Counted from the stretch's first letter, positions 45,731 through 56,500 are shown. The stretch is 64,000 nt of DNA from an uncultured Sphaerobacteraceae bacterium (GCA_964526965.1 CAZGML010000003.1:20775-84774), one strand, 5' to 3'. The notes: generated by a model not told the origin, from the sequence alone. Numbers and translations: made by a program.

Positions 45731-46999
45731 CTACCGGTCTACCGAGCCCAGCACGATATCAATGGTGCCGATTAGCGCCACCATATCTGCCAACATGGCA
45801 CCCTGTGCCATGTGCGGCAACACCCCCAGGTTCACAAAGTCTGGAGTGCGATAGCGAATGCGGTACGGCATTGAACCACCATCCGATACGAGGTGGATGC
45901 CATACTCGCCCTTGCCGTGCTCAATTGCCTGGTAAACCTCGCCAACCGGGGCGTTGAAGCCCTTAATCACCCAAATAAAGTGACGCTGCATATCTTCTGC
46001 AGTGGTGAGGGTACCCATATGAGGCGGCATTACGTACTCGCTCTCATAGGCCATCAGCGGCGAATCGTCCTTCTCGATGTAGTCCAGAGCTTGCTGAACC
46101 AGACTGTGAGCCTGGCGCATCTCTTCTACTCGCACGAGATAGCGATCATAGACATCGCCATACTGTCCGAGTGGCACTTCGAAATCGAGTCGATCGTAGA
46201 CCAGGTACGGCTCCGCCTTGCGCACATCGTAGTTAATACCGGACCCGCGCAGGCAGGCTCCGGTGAGTGAGTACGAGATAGCGGCTTCCGGCGAGATAAC
46301 GCCGACGCCTTTGGTACGCCCGAGCCAAATCGGGTTTTCGCTGAGGAGGCCAGTGTATTCATTGATTCGATTGGGGAAAACGCGAAGGAAGTTTCGAATC
46401 TGATCGACAAGGCCATCCGGGATATCGCGACTGAATCCGCCAATTTCCATCATGTTGGTGGTCAGTCGAGCACCGCAGAACGTTTCGAAGATGTCCATAA
46501 TCATCTCGCGCTCGCGGAAGGTGTACAGGCTCATGGAAAGCGCACCGATATCGAGCGCGTGTGTTCCGAGCCACACCAGGTGGCTGGCAATGCGGCTCAA
46601 CTCGGTCATAATCACGCGCCAGTACTGGGCGCGCTCGGGTGCTTCCAGGTCGAGCAGCTTTTCCACCGCCAGCACGTAGCCAAGGTTGTTCTGCGGAGCG
46701 CCCGTGTAATCCAGCCGGTCTGTCCACGGGACGATCTGTGCGTAGCGCTTGGTCTCGCTCAGTTTCTCGGTACCGCGGTGCAGGTAACCAATAATGGGGT
46801 CGCACTCGACAACTGTTTCACCGTCGAGCTTGAGCAGCACGCGCATTACACCGTGGGTGGACGGATGCTGAGGCCCCATGTTGAGCGTCATCAGCCGTTC
46901 GCCGGAGTCGAGCTCCTGCTCGTCCTCAACCATGAGGGTTCCGGAGTATTCGGTCGTGGTGGATTCCATGACATTGAATTCGGATCTGCTGGTATCCAT
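45731..46999 (-). CDS. nuoD: NADH-quinone oxidoreductase subunit D
   Basis: MTLNMGPQHPSTHGVMRV, and a C-terminal part with RIRYRTPDFVNL...GTIDIVLGSVDR. The start lies 3 nt after the nuoC stop. Confidence 0.95.
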   Translation of the reverse strand: MDTSRSEFNVMESTTTEYSGTLMVEDEQELDSGERLMTLNMGPQHPSTHGVMRVLLKLDGETVVECDPIIGYLHRGTEKLSETKRYAQIVPWTDRLDYTGAPQNNLGYVLAVEKLLDLEAPERAQYWRVIMTELSRIASHLVWLGTHALDIGALSMSLYTFREREMIMDIFETFCGARLTTNMMEIGGFSRDIPDGLVDQIRNFLRVFPNRINEYTGLLSENPIWLGRTKGVGVISPEAAISYSLTGACLRGSGINYDVRKAEPYLVYDRLDFEVPLGQYGDVYDRYLVRVEEMRQAHSLVQQALDYIEKDDSPLMAYESEYVMPPHMGTLTTAEDMQRHFIWVIKGFNAPVGEVYQAIEHGKGEYGIHLVSDGGSMPYRIRYRTPDFVNLGVLPHMAQGAMLADMVALIGTIDIVLGSVDR

Positions 47000-47002
47000 G
47001 GA

Positions 47003-47629
47003 TTACACCCCTCGTCCTGTCCAACGCGTGGTCGTGCGCCGAACTGTGCGTTCCTTGTTATAGATCGGGTAGTCCTTCCAGCCGCGGGTTGGGTAATCCT
47101 TCCGCAGCGGGTGGCCCTCATCCCAGTCTTCTTGCAGCAGAATGCGGCGCAGGTTCGGGTGACCTTCGAAGAAGATGCCGAACATGTCGTAGCACTCGCG
47201 CTCCAGCCAGTTGGCGCCATTGAACACGGGCACCAGGCTTGGGATGGTCTCGCCATCGTCGATGCTGGCCTTCATGCGCACGCGGGTTCGGTTCGGGATG
47301 CTGTAGAGCTGGGCATGAACGTCGAACCGCGGCGAGGTGCGGAGGCTAAGCATATCGACGGCGGTAAGGTCAGACAGGAAATTGACCTGCAATTTATCGT
47401 GGTCTCGCATGTAGAAAGCGATATCGCGGAAGCGAGACGGTGTCACGTAAATGGTTGTTTCGTTTCGGAAGCGAACAGCATCCAGGAAGTCATCCGGGAA
47501 TGCGAGGCGAAGCTCGCGAATTACCGGGTGCTTGCTGAGATCGTCGTCGAACCAGAGATCCCGTTCCCAACCGGTTCCACTGGCAACGATGGCCTGCTGT
47601 TCTGATGTTGGGTTCTCACCGGAACTCAC
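47003..47629 (-). CDS. nuoC: NADH-quinone oxidoreductase subunit C
   Basis: 208 aa. [36 protein letters not shown] is the NuoC/30-kDa signature. Confidence 0.93.
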   Translation of the reverse strand: MSSGENPTSEQQAIVASGTGWERDLWFDDDLSKHPVIRELRLAFPDDFLDAVRFRNETTIYVTPSRFRDIAFYMRDHDKLQVNFLSDLTAVDMLSLRTSPRFDVHAQLYSIPNRTRVRMKASIDDGETIPSLVPVFNGANWLERECYDMFGIFFEGHPNLRRILLQEDWDEGHPLRKDYPTRGWKDYPIYNKERTVRRTTTRWTGRGV

Positions 47630-47679
47630 GGTGCTCTCCTCACGTCGGTGCCGGAATCACCCGGGCCGAACCGTAGCTG

Positions 47680-48231
47680 TTAGCCTCGAATTCCTGCCAT
47701 CGCCATCTGGCGCTCGTTCACGCGCGCATCTTCGGCGCGGCCGCTGCCCTCCTTGCGGGCGATGGTTTCGTACTTAATGATTTTGTTCTGCAGGTTCAGG
47801 ATTCCGTAGTACAGAGCTTCCGGGGTTGGCGGGCAACCCGGAACGTACACATCTACCGGTACTACCTGGTCCACGCCCTGAACAACTGCGTAGGTATCGT
47901 ACGGACCGCCGACGTTGGCGCAGCTGCCCATGCTGAGCACCCACTTGGGCTCGGACATCTGGTCGTACAGCGTCCTCACAATGGGCGCCATCTTCTTCGT
48001 CACGGTGCCGGCCACAATCATCAGGTCAGCGGCGCGTGGCGAGGATCGGAAAAGCATGCCGAATCGCTCGGAGAGGTCGAACCGGGCCATGGATGCGGAG
48101 ATCATCTCAATTGCGCAACATGCCAGGCCGAACTGCAGCCACCAGAGCGAAGAACGTCGACCCCAGTTAAACAGGAAGTCCATAGACGTTGTGAAAATAT
48201 TCTTGTCGAAGCGATCGTCGATCAGACCCAT
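47680..48231 (-). CDS. nuoB: NADH-quinone oxidoreductase subunit B
   Basis: All N2-cluster cysteine contexts are present: [32 protein letters not shown]. Start ATG 48231 (or 48252); overlaps the nuoA 3' end. Confidence 0.93.
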   Translation of the reverse strand: MGLIDDRFDKNIFTTSMDFLFNWGRRSSLWWLQFGLACCAIEMISASMARFDLSERFGMLFRSSPRAADLMIVAGTVTKKMAPIVRTLYDQMSEPKWVLSMGSCANVGGPYDTYAVVQGVDQVVPVDVYVPGCPPTPEALYYGILNLQNKIIKYETIARKEGSGRAEDARVNERQMAMAGIRG

Positions 48232-48587
48232 TCGAGGGCACCTTTCTTCCACGCATAGACATAGCTAAGCAAAAGCAACGAGATGAAGACGAACATGTGC
48301 AAGAACCCGCCGAGGCCGAAGTAATCGAAATTAACTGCCCACGGAAAGATAAATGCAGCCTCCAAATCGAAGATTACAAAGAGCATGCCGATAACATAGA
48401 AACGGGTAGTAATTTGCGAGCGGGCCGGTTTGACATCCGGTACACCACTCTCATACGGGTCGGACTTTGCCTTGCTGGGATTGGATGGGCCGAGGAGTGT
48501 CGAAATTCCCGCCATGGCAAAGCCCATGACGAAGGTGGTAACCACCATAAATACGACGACAACCCAGGTGTTTCCAATATAATCCAC
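48222..48587 (-). CDS. nuoA: NADH-quinone oxidoreductase subunit A
   Basis: 121 aa from GTG 48587, preceded by [21 protein letters not shown] and [15 protein letters not shown] are NuoA signatures. The listed 204-aa ORF carries an implausible 83-aa N-terminal extension. Confidence 0.88.
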   Translation of the reverse strand: MDYIGNTWVVVVFMVVTTFVMGFAMAGISTLLGPSNPSKAKSDPYESGVPDVKPARSQITTRFYVIGMLFVIFDLEAAFIFPWAVNFDYFGLGGFLHMFVFISLLLLSYVYAWKKGALEWV

Positions 48588-48952
48588 GAATCCCCCACTC
48601 CCTGCATGGAACGTAGTCGGGCACGAAATCCACCCGTAGACCGCTAGTATGGTAGCACAGAATACCGGGTCAATCCGAAGCCGAACACACCACTGAAACA
48701 CGGGTAAAACTGCCGAAGTGGTGGGGAATATCCGATGATTCTGCTCGGTTTTCGTGCCAGGTTGACAAAGCCGTTGCCTCAGTGTACGTACATTTGCGGA
48801 TAATACGGTGCAAATGGCACGGAATTCGTATACCATCGGTACCTGTACTGACTGCCCGGCACGCCTATCATTAACTCAACACCAACGTGATCGACGTTGC
48901 CAGCCACTTCGTTGATCGACCCCTTCCCTCCTATAACGTGGTGTTGCTTCAT

Positions 48953-48980
48953 AGCCGCCCGGACCATCCTCCGGGCGGTT
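48953..48980. terminator. GC-rich hairpin downstream of the membrane-protein gene / far upstream of nuoA
   Basis: ccgcccgga-ccatcc-tccgggcgg (9-bp core). The T/A-rich flank lies on the plus-strand 3' side (atctatttaac), not on the minus-strand 3' side. Orientation and function are therefore ambiguous. Confidence 0.4.
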
Positions 48981-49072
48981 ATCTATTTAACAAAACGAAT
49001 CGGCAGAGGGATGTTCAGGGGTAACGAACATCGACGCCGGCCTGCTGTGAGACCAACCGAGTGGGAAGGTAC

Positions 49073-49603
49073 TTATCGACGAGAAATGATCTCCTGGGTG
49101 GAGATTTCGCGCCGTTGAAGTGCGTGATGCTGCTGGAGTACATCCTCTGCGGACCGGGGATCAACCTGCGCCTTATGGACGTATTTCCGGAGTGACCATC
49201 CCGCCAGGGCCAGCCACACCAATACACCGATACTGACAGCCGTTACGAACCAGTAATCCGCCCGAAGTCCAGGAGACGCGGCCAAGGCAGCGAATGCGAA
49301 AATCGCAGATGCCAGGGCCGGTCCGCGACTGGCTACCAAAACTCCCACAGATGCGATGAACCATGCGAGAAGTGTGTACGCAAAGGCTGCAAACACTGGC
49401 GAGATCATCGCGGTGTAGACCCAACCTATCCAGAAGGTACCCGCCCATGCATTAGCCGAGGCACCTGGCATAGAGAAAAGCCCTACCCCAAATGCGAACG
49501 AAAGGAATTGCAGCAGGGTCAAAACGAATGGGGACATGATGAACACCAGCATGAACCTGGCAGCAATGCGTGATAGCTCGTGTGGGGTTTTAGGGAAGGC
49601 CAC
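49073..49603 (-). CDS. Hypothetical integral membrane protein
   Basis: 176 aa with 4-5 hydrophobic segments (FMLVFIMSPFVLTLLQFLSFAFGVGLF, ISPVFAAFAYTLLAWFIASVGVLV, ...) and a charged C-terminal tail. No family recognised. Confidence 0.5.
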   Translation of the reverse strand: MAFPKTPHELSRIAARFMLVFIMSPFVLTLLQFLSFAFGVGLFSMPGASANAWAGTFWIGWVYTAMISPVFAAFAYTLLAWFIASVGVLVASRGPALASAIFAFAALAASPGLRADYWFVTAVSIGVLVWLALAGWSLRKYVHKAQVDPRSAEDVLQQHHALQRREISTQEIISRR

Positions 49604-49689
49604 GGGTTACCATCCTTGTTGCAGTCGTCATTTCAACCATCAACGCCATTTCCAAGACCCGGGTTCCCGAATGGGGTTGACGTGTACAA

Positions 49690-51129
49690 CTAACCGATAC
49701 GGATGTTCGCCTCCGCATATCGGAATCGATCGTGTTGCTGACGATTTTGCAGGGCGAACGCCACGGTGATAGGACCAAGCCGGCCGATGAACATGCCAAT
49801 CATAAGCACGGCTTTGCCGCCGATGCTCAAGTCAGCCGTTATGCCGGTACTCAATCCAGTTGTTGCCAATGCGCTCATGGCTTCAAACATCAGCGCAAGA
49901 AAGCTGAAATCTCCATGGTTGAACAGGTCCTCCGTCAATACCAGCAGCAGCGCGAGGAGGAAATGGACCAGCATGAACAGCGCAATTACCGAAAGCGCCC
50001 GGTACACGAGCTGTGCGGTGACACGGCGACCAAATGCCTGGGAATCCTGGCGTCCGCGCACGGTGGACATGACCGTCATGGCGATGACCGCAATCGTCGC
50101 GAGCTTGACACCACCGGCCGTGGAACCCGCGGCACCACCAATCAGCATCAACACAATCCAGAGATACATACTGGAGTTATGAGCCTCGCCCCAATCAGTA
50201 CTGGTAAAGCCAGATGTGCGCGAGGCCACGCCTTCGAAGATGGCATTGACGGGCTTCCAGATGGAATCCATATCCATCATGGACGAGTTCCATTCCACCC
50301 CGACGAAGAGCGCACTCCCCACAATGATAAGAACGCCGTTCGTTATCAGTACGAGCTTTGAATCCAGTGAGAGCGGTTGCCAGGCCCGGTGCTTCCAGAC
50401 ATCTGACAGCACCATGTAGCTCAATGCACCTAGCTGCACCAGGGTGGCTATTGCTATCAAAAAGACCGGTTGTTCAGCCTGCGCCTCAACAGATGGGTAA
50501 TGGCCCAGCAAATCCAGCCCGGCGTTACAGAAAGCAGAAACCGAATGGAAAACACCATGCCAAATTGATGTGAGGAGCGACTCGCTTCTCATGAAAAAGG
50601 CAGTGAGAATCACAGCACCAATCGCCTCGGCGATCGCCATGAACTTCACGATGCGGAGGGAGAAATGCGACGCCTCCTGCAGCGTCATCGCCGGCGAGCC
50701 ATCCTGCATCATCTTGTTCGCGGAGAGACTGGTTCGTCGTCCCAATGTGATGAGCACCACGGAGGTACCCGCCATGAAGCCAAACCCGCCGATCTGGATC
50801 AGCAACAGAATCACCAGCTCACCGAAAAAGCTCCAGTGTTGTTGGGTTTCAAGAGTGGTGAGGCCAGTCACCGAGAATGCGGAGACCGAGGTGAAGAGAG
50901 CATCGATAAAGCTGGTGCGATGGTTCGATTCGGTCGCAACTGGCAGCATGAGCAGTGCGGCACCAATCAGGAAGATCACGATGACCGCCATCATAAAGAG
51001 CTTGGCATGGTCGTTGACCGTTGATTTCGGCCGATGGCCGTTGTCATGCTCCAGCTGAATGACCTCCCGGGCATTCAGCCGCTTGTGCACGACCCTGTCC
51101 CCCAGTCGCCGCGGAGTGCGCTCGCTCAC
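49690..51129 (-). CDS. trkH: TrkH/KtrB family potassium uptake protein
   Basis: Repeated M-P-M selectivity-filter-like motifs (SAFSVTGLT, SAFCNAGLD, RTSGFTS, ATTGLSTG). 479 aa. 4-nt overlap with the upstream trkA. Confidence 0.9.
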   Translation of the reverse strand: MSERTPRRLGDRVVHKRLNAREVIQLEHDNGHRPKSTVNDHAKLFMMAVIVIFLIGAALLMLPVATESNHRTSFIDALFTSVSAFSVTGLTTLETQQHWSFFGELVILLLIQIGGFGFMAGTSVVLITLGRRTSLSANKMMQDGSPAMTLQEASHFSLRIVKFMAIAEAIGAVILTAFFMRSESLLTSIWHGVFHSVSAFCNAGLDLLGHYPSVEAQAEQPVFLIAIATLVQLGALSYMVLSDVWKHRAWQPLSLDSKLVLITNGVLIIVGSALFVGVEWNSSMMDMDSIWKPVNAIFEGVASRTSGFTSTDWGEAHNSSMYLWIVLMLIGGAAGSTAGGVKLATIAVIAMTVMSTVRGRQDSQAFGRRVTAQLVYRALSVIALFMLVHFLLALLLVLTEDLFNHGDFSFLALMFEAMSALATTGLSTGITADLSIGGKAVLMIGMFIGRLGPITVAFALQNRQQHDRFRYAEANIRIG

Positions 51130-51833
51130 GACTTTTCGTCACCGTCATCCGCATCGGGATTGAGGCCAACGAATTTGGCGATATTCTCATCGGCACCGGC
51201 GAGGAGCAGCTCATCATGGGCGCGAACCGATTCATGCAGGTGGGGCACGGTAATTAACTCGTTGCCGCGTTTGATGAGCAGCACGTTGAGCTTGCCCTTG
51301 ATCTCACTTGTCAGGCTCTCAAGCGTATGGCCTACGAGATTGGCAGGCGCTTCGATTTTGGCGATACCTGCGGTATTGGAAAGGGTGATGTAATCATTGA
51401 TATGCCGCACTCCCAATGAGTGCGAGAGCCTAATGGCCGCGTCCACTTCTGGCAGCACAATGCGATCGGCCCCAACTTTCGTCAGGAGTTCGGCGTGCAG
51501 GTGCGATTTAGCCTTGGCCACAACCCACGGCACTTTCAATTTCTTCACCAGGAGCGTCGTAAGCACGCTTGCTTCCAGGTTTTCATCCTGCGCAACCACA
51601 ACGACATCAGAATCGGCAACGTTGAGCTGTTCCAAAAGCTCCGGATCCGTACCATCACCCTGGGCCGCCAGGGTGACATACTGGGAGGCCTCCTGCGTGG
51701 TGCTCTCCTTGCGATCAATCGCCAGCACTTCATAGCCCTGCTCGCTCAGGTTCCTGGCAACGGTGCTGCCAAACCGCCCGAGGCCGATGACGGTAACGCG
51801 CTCAGGAGTTCCACTGTGTATGGACGGTGACAA
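51126..51833 (-). CDS. trkA: TrkA/KtrA family potassium uptake protein (RCK N and C domains)
   Basis: Rossmann VTVIGLGRFGSTVARNL and a C-terminal RCK_C segment. 235 aa. TTG start preceded by AAGAAGGAAG. Confidence 0.88.
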   Translation of the reverse strand: MSPSIHSGTPERVTVIGLGRFGSTVARNLSEQGYEVLAIDRKESTTQEASQYVTLAAQGDGTDPELLEQLNVADSDVVVVAQDENLEASVLTTLLVKKLKVPWVVAKAKSHLHAELLTKVGADRIVLPEVDAAIRLSHSLGVRHINDYITLSNTAGIAKIEAPANLVGHTLESLTSEIKGKLNVLLIKRGNELITVPHLHESVRAHDELLLAGADENIAKFVGLNPDADDGDEKS

Positions 51834-51941
51834 GGCGATACTTCCTTCTTAAATCGACATGTAGTGCTGGGCGTATAGTACCGCCGAGCCCACACGGTTC
51901 GCTACAGGAGCAGCCTGGTGTCTGCTCGCGGAGCGCCGGGG

Positions 51942-52958
51942 TTAGTCCCGATCGTACGGATAGGTAACACCCCAGCTACGAATGGCATCCTGCATGATTT
52001 GCGCAACCATGAGCGTGTGATCCAGCGGCATCACCGGGTGTTCGGTGAGCCCCTCCCGCAGGCACTTCCCTACTTCCATCATTTCGTACTGGTAACCCAC
52101 GCCCTCGTGACTGCAATCGAAGGGTTGCGGATCTTTGCCGTCTTCATAGAGCGTGAAGGTACTGGGGCGGTGCCAATCGTGATCCATCACAATGCTGCCC
52201 CTGGTGCCAGCTATCATCGCCAGGTTGCGGCTGTTCGCCCGCACGGTGATTCCAGCATTTGCAACCGCACCATTGGCGTGACGCGTGGTGATCATGCAAT
52301 TTTCATCGACGTCGCTGTCGCCCAGGGTGGCAACGCTCACCATCTCGACTGGCTCGCCCAGAACCATTTGCACCATCTGCACGGCGTATACGCCGGCATC
52401 GAGCAGCGCTGAGCCGCCGAGATCCTTGTTGTAGAGCCGGAACTCGGGGTCGTACGGATTCTTCCAGCCCATATTCACGGTCATGTACTGGATATCGCCG
52501 AGGGTTCCGTTCTCGATGAATTCACGTACCTTCACCATTGCCGGACGGAACCGGGTCCAGACCGCCTCCATAAGAAACCGTTCGTTTTCGCGAGCGGCTT
52601 CAATCATCTCGCGCGTCTCGGCCACATTCATTGCCATCGGCTTTTCGCACAACACGTTCTTGCCAGCATTGAGGAGCCGGATCACGATATCGTGATGCAT
52701 CGGGTGTGGCGTAGCGACGTAGACCACGTCGATATCGGGATCGTTCACAATGCCGTCGTAACTGCTGTATCGCTTTGGAATGTCGTACATCTCGGCGAAG
52801 ACATCGGCCGATTCCTGCGAACGCGATCCTACGGCAACGAGTTCGGCACCCTCGGCGTACGGCATATCGCGCGCGAAGATTTTGGCGATGTTGCCGGTGC
52901 CAACAATACCCCAGCGAATGGGTCCGTCATGGGAAACCAGCGGCGTACGATCACTCAT
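51942..52958 (-). CDS. Gfo/Idh/MocA family oxidoreductase
   Basis: IRWGIVGTGNIAKIF and VLCEKPMA. 338 aa. Confidence 0.9.
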   Translation of the reverse strand: MSDRTPLVSHDGPIRWGIVGTGNIAKIFARDMPYAEGAELVAVGSRSQESADVFAEMYDIPKRYSSYDGIVNDPDIDVVYVATPHPMHHDIVIRLLNAGKNVLCEKPMAMNVAETREMIEAARENERFLMEAVWTRFRPAMVKVREFIENGTLGDIQYMTVNMGWKNPYDPEFRLYNKDLGGSALLDAGVYAVQMVQMVLGEPVEMVSVATLGDSDVDENCMITTRHANGAVANAGITVRANSRNLAMIAGTRGSIVMDHDWHRPSTFTLYEDGKDPQPFDCSHEGVGYQYEMMEVGKCLREGLTEHPVMPLDHTLMVAQIMQDAIRSWGVTYPYDRD

Positions 52959-53065
52959 CGTGGAACTCCTCTAATTAGCAGAATCACTGACGTCGTCGAC
53001 TCAGGTGTCGCGTGCATACATTGGTTCTGTATAGCGTGTTTTGCTGAGGCTGTCATCAGGCAGCG

Positions 53066-53554
53066 TCAATCGCCCTCTTCCTCGATCTCGGTCAGGTCAG
53101 CGGTAATGAGTGGATCACCCGTGGGCTGTTCGCTGCCTAATGGGCCGGGCTCGGCGGTGATGAAGAGCCTGTCGTACCGGCCGCTATAGGCCGCAAACGC
53201 AAACGTGCGTGATTCGGGATTCAGTGTGCCGGCGTTGACGATGATATCGTCCGTCTCCGCCCAAACCTGAAAAACCTCATCTTCTTCTGGCGGGGGCATG
53301 GTGTGGATAGTCAGAATATAAACCTCGTGCATATCGAAGTACTCAACCGAACCGCCCACTTCGAGGTTGGGATCCTCCACCACGATATCCACAATTCGCG
53401 GTGAAGGTTCGTCCGACGACACAAACGCGACACTTCCCAGCCATACGCCGGCCAGGAGCGCGATAACCGCGAGAATTGATGCGGTAATCCAGGAGATGCC
53501 CGCTCTGTTCGCTCCATTGGTCGATTCATCTGCCGATGTGGCTTGCCCTGCCAT
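53066..53554 (-). CDS. Single-pass membrane protein with RskA-like (anti-sigma-K C-terminal) extracytoplasmic domain
   Basis: TM ISWITASILAVIALLAGVWLGSV. FQVWAETDDIIVNAGTL and LFITAEPGPLGSEQPTGDPL resemble the YQLW...AG and ...TVEPAGGS.qPT blocks of the RskA domain. No N-terminal zinc-finger anti-sigma domain. Confidence 0.55.
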   Translation of the reverse strand: MAGQATSADESTNGANRAGISWITASILAVIALLAGVWLGSVAFVSSDEPSPRIVDIVVEDPNLEVGGSVEYFDMHEVYILTIHTMPPPEEDEVFQVWAETDDIIVNAGTLNPESRTFAFAAYSGRYDRLFITAEPGPLGSEQPTGDPLITADLTEIEEEGD

Positions 53555-53573
53555 TAACTCATCCCCTGCGATT

Positions 53574-56500
53574 TTACGGATTCGAAATCACCTGATAGAT
53601 CGCAACATCGTCGTGCTCAAAGACCAAGTGTAGGTGACCGTTTTCAACAGCTGTAGCGAATGAGTTGTCGAGCCCGCTGTATCGGGCACGCTCCTCGTCT
53701 CCCACGATGATGTATCGCACGTTGTACTGTTCGAGTAACGGAGATACAAGTGCCCAGTCGTGCACGCCGGTGTAGATGGTGCTGACATCGGAACTGCGGG
53801 ATTCCACCATCTGGTTCCAGCCCGGGCGCGTATTGAGTTCGATTGGCTGATTACCCATCACGGAAGGGAAGCCGGTAATCGCACTGATCGTGCCGGTTGC
53901 GCCGGGCGCAGGGCCATCGCTGGTGAGGATAACCGGCGTACCGGTAGTGTTTTGCTGCAGCCATTCCCCGGCCGCCAGCTCTCCATCCGGCCCGATGATC
54001 GCCGGGTGCGCCAGCGCAACTATTTCACTATCGCCTTCGCGAAGGTGATCGAGGGTTGGCACCAGCAGCGCCACGACAACGATAGCGGCTGCAAGCCCGG
54101 CTGGCAGCTTCGCGTCTGACTCAAGCGATGTCAACGCCCTGGTAAATGCGATGCCAACAGCCAGCACGATCAATACCCATGCGAGCGGCAGGAGCTGGAG
54201 GGATTGCGAGTAGCCAGATGGATCGGGGCGGAAGGCTCGCGTCTGTGCAGCAGCCAAGACGATACATGCGAACAACACCAGGCCTGCGGACCAGAGCAGG
54301 AGCGAATCCTGCAACCAGTGCCAGATCGTGGTTACCGCCAGGAGTGAGATGAGCAAGAGGAGGATGAGCGCGGAATCAAATCGCCAGGCAAGCACGAGGA
54401 TCGCGATGATGGTGCCGACGGCCACACCAGTCACGATTACACCGGGAGCGCCTTCATCCAGGAGGGATGCGAGCACGCTCACGGCTCCGAGCCCGACAAC
54501 AATCATCACCGTCATCAGCAATACCGTCCCGAGCTGGTCGCGCAACATGGAGAGCGACCAAAGGTCAGGCGAGATCGTGTTTCGATTCGTGGCCGTGTAC
54601 GCGGCGTAGGCCGGGTAACAGAAAGCGATACCAACTGCGACGATGCCAATGAGTTCCAGCGCGAACCGGCGGACATCGGGCCACCAGGCACTGCCGGGTG
54701 CCCTGGTGTTATTGGCATTGAGGGCGAGCCCGACGGCGAGCAAGCCAATGGCCACCAGCAATCCCCAACCGGATGAGGTAGCAAACGCACCGAAAACAAG
54801 GGCAAGCAGGGCGTAACGCGTCCATCGCTGCCGGAATTGGCTCAACAATGTATGAATGAAGACAGCGGCGATCATAAGCATCGTCAGCACAGAGAGTTCA
54901 ACTGATGACGCCAGTGCAATTGGGGCGAGGCCACTGGCGAAGGCGAATGAGCTGCCGAAGACGAGCGCCAGCGCAACTCCCGCACCGACCCACGATCCTT
55001 CGATCGAGCTGATGAGGCTCCAGACCACACCGGCAAGCAGCGCCACTACCCCGATAGCTGCGAGATTCGCCACAACAACGGGTTCCAGCGCGAGGGCGTT
55101 GCCGAGGGCAGCCCACGGCAGAATCCCCGCCCAGTGCGTATGAAGCAGCCCCCCGCTCAACCAGGGATCGATGGGCGGAAGTGAGACAGATCGCATGACA
55201 CCAGTAAGTTGCATCAGGTTGTGATCGGGAAGGATTCGCTCCCAACTACGGAACAATGCCATCGCCAGGAAGACCGCGAGGAAGAGCACTTCACCGGCGA
55301 GGATACACCGCCATTGGCGCTGCAGTTTGTCCCGGAACTCATTCCAAACAGAGCGATGTGTCGCCAACCCGATGGCAACGAGCAGGAGGAACGACAGCCC
55401 GATCGTGCCGCGGTCGAAAACCAACCCTCGCCAGGAGACGAGTGCCAGCGTGATGGAAGCCATCCCGAGTGCGCCGATTGCCTTGGCGAGCATCCAGCCC
55501 ATATCCGGCAAGTTGCGAAACGCGCGCCAGGTTAGGGGCCAGGCGGCGAGACCCATAATTTGCAATCCAACCCACCAGCTGAGCAACGGCCAGGATTGAA
55601 GCCAGCCATCATCCACCTGGTCGTTCCAGCTTCCCTGCTCCTGCTGAGTTTCAACGAACTCATCGCTCATGAACATCTGGTTCGGCAATGGATCACCAGG
55701 AATGTAGTGATACCCACCATTCCCCCAGGCAGCGTTGAGCTCGTCGTGGACGTATTGGGCATCGTACGCATCGGTTTTCTCGAATATGCGTACTTCCGGA
55801 TGCTCATAGACGGTGAGCGATTCTTCGGCCGACCGGTCGTCCCACTCGATACCGAGCAGCTCCGGGCCCTGCCAGAAGTGCGCGACGGGTTCAAAACCGA
55901 GTTCGCCATTCAGGAGCATCTCGTAAAACTGTATGGCCACCGGATAGCGTTCTGGCTGACGCACTACGGAATCGATAACCCGGTTCGAGCTGAGAACGAT
56001 GTAATCAACCTGGCTGAGTTGTCCAACCAGCGTGACGACCTTGTTGTTATTGGCGGATTCGTCGGCATAGAGATCCATGGTCATGCCGATGTAGGCAGTC
56101 CGATCCTCTCCTCGAAGCGCCAGCGGGAGGGCATCGTCCCAATACTCATTGCTCAACGTGGAGCCGGGCGGGATGTTCTCATAAATCCATTCGCTCGCTT
56201 CAATTCGGGTGATGGGTCGGACGTAAAGTGAATCGAACGCCAGCCCGAAAACGATGGTGTAAACGACAACACCTGTGGTCAGCAGTTGGGCGATCCATTT
56301 GCGATTGCTGCGGTCGTGCAGTTCGATGAGAAAACCTGCGACCAGAATGATAAGAAAGGGATAAATATGCATAAGGTAGCGCTGGTTCTGGGCGATGCCG
56401 GTGCCGTAAAGCGCGATGCTGCCGACACACCACCCGACAATTCCCAGCCACCACCACGACGGCCAATGTGCACTTCGAACCAGCCTCCAGATGGCGGCAA

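Noticed and set aside
38071-47605. Series of long plus-strand ORFs opposite the nuo genes (38071..39051, 39301..40443, 42438..43328, 43434..44024, 45026..45613, 46559..47605 and others)
   Set aside because: Each is antisense to a nuo subunit with clear signatures. The translations are extremely His/Arg/Glu/Asp-rich or low complexity, and none has a recognisable fold motif.
48779-48967. 62-aa ORF (MVRAAMKQHHVIGGKGS...) in the nuoA upstream region as a small protein gene
   Set aside because: It has no RBS and starts inside the 48953..48980 hairpin. The composition is odd (YRYRWY, PYYPQMY). I treated the region as non-coding.
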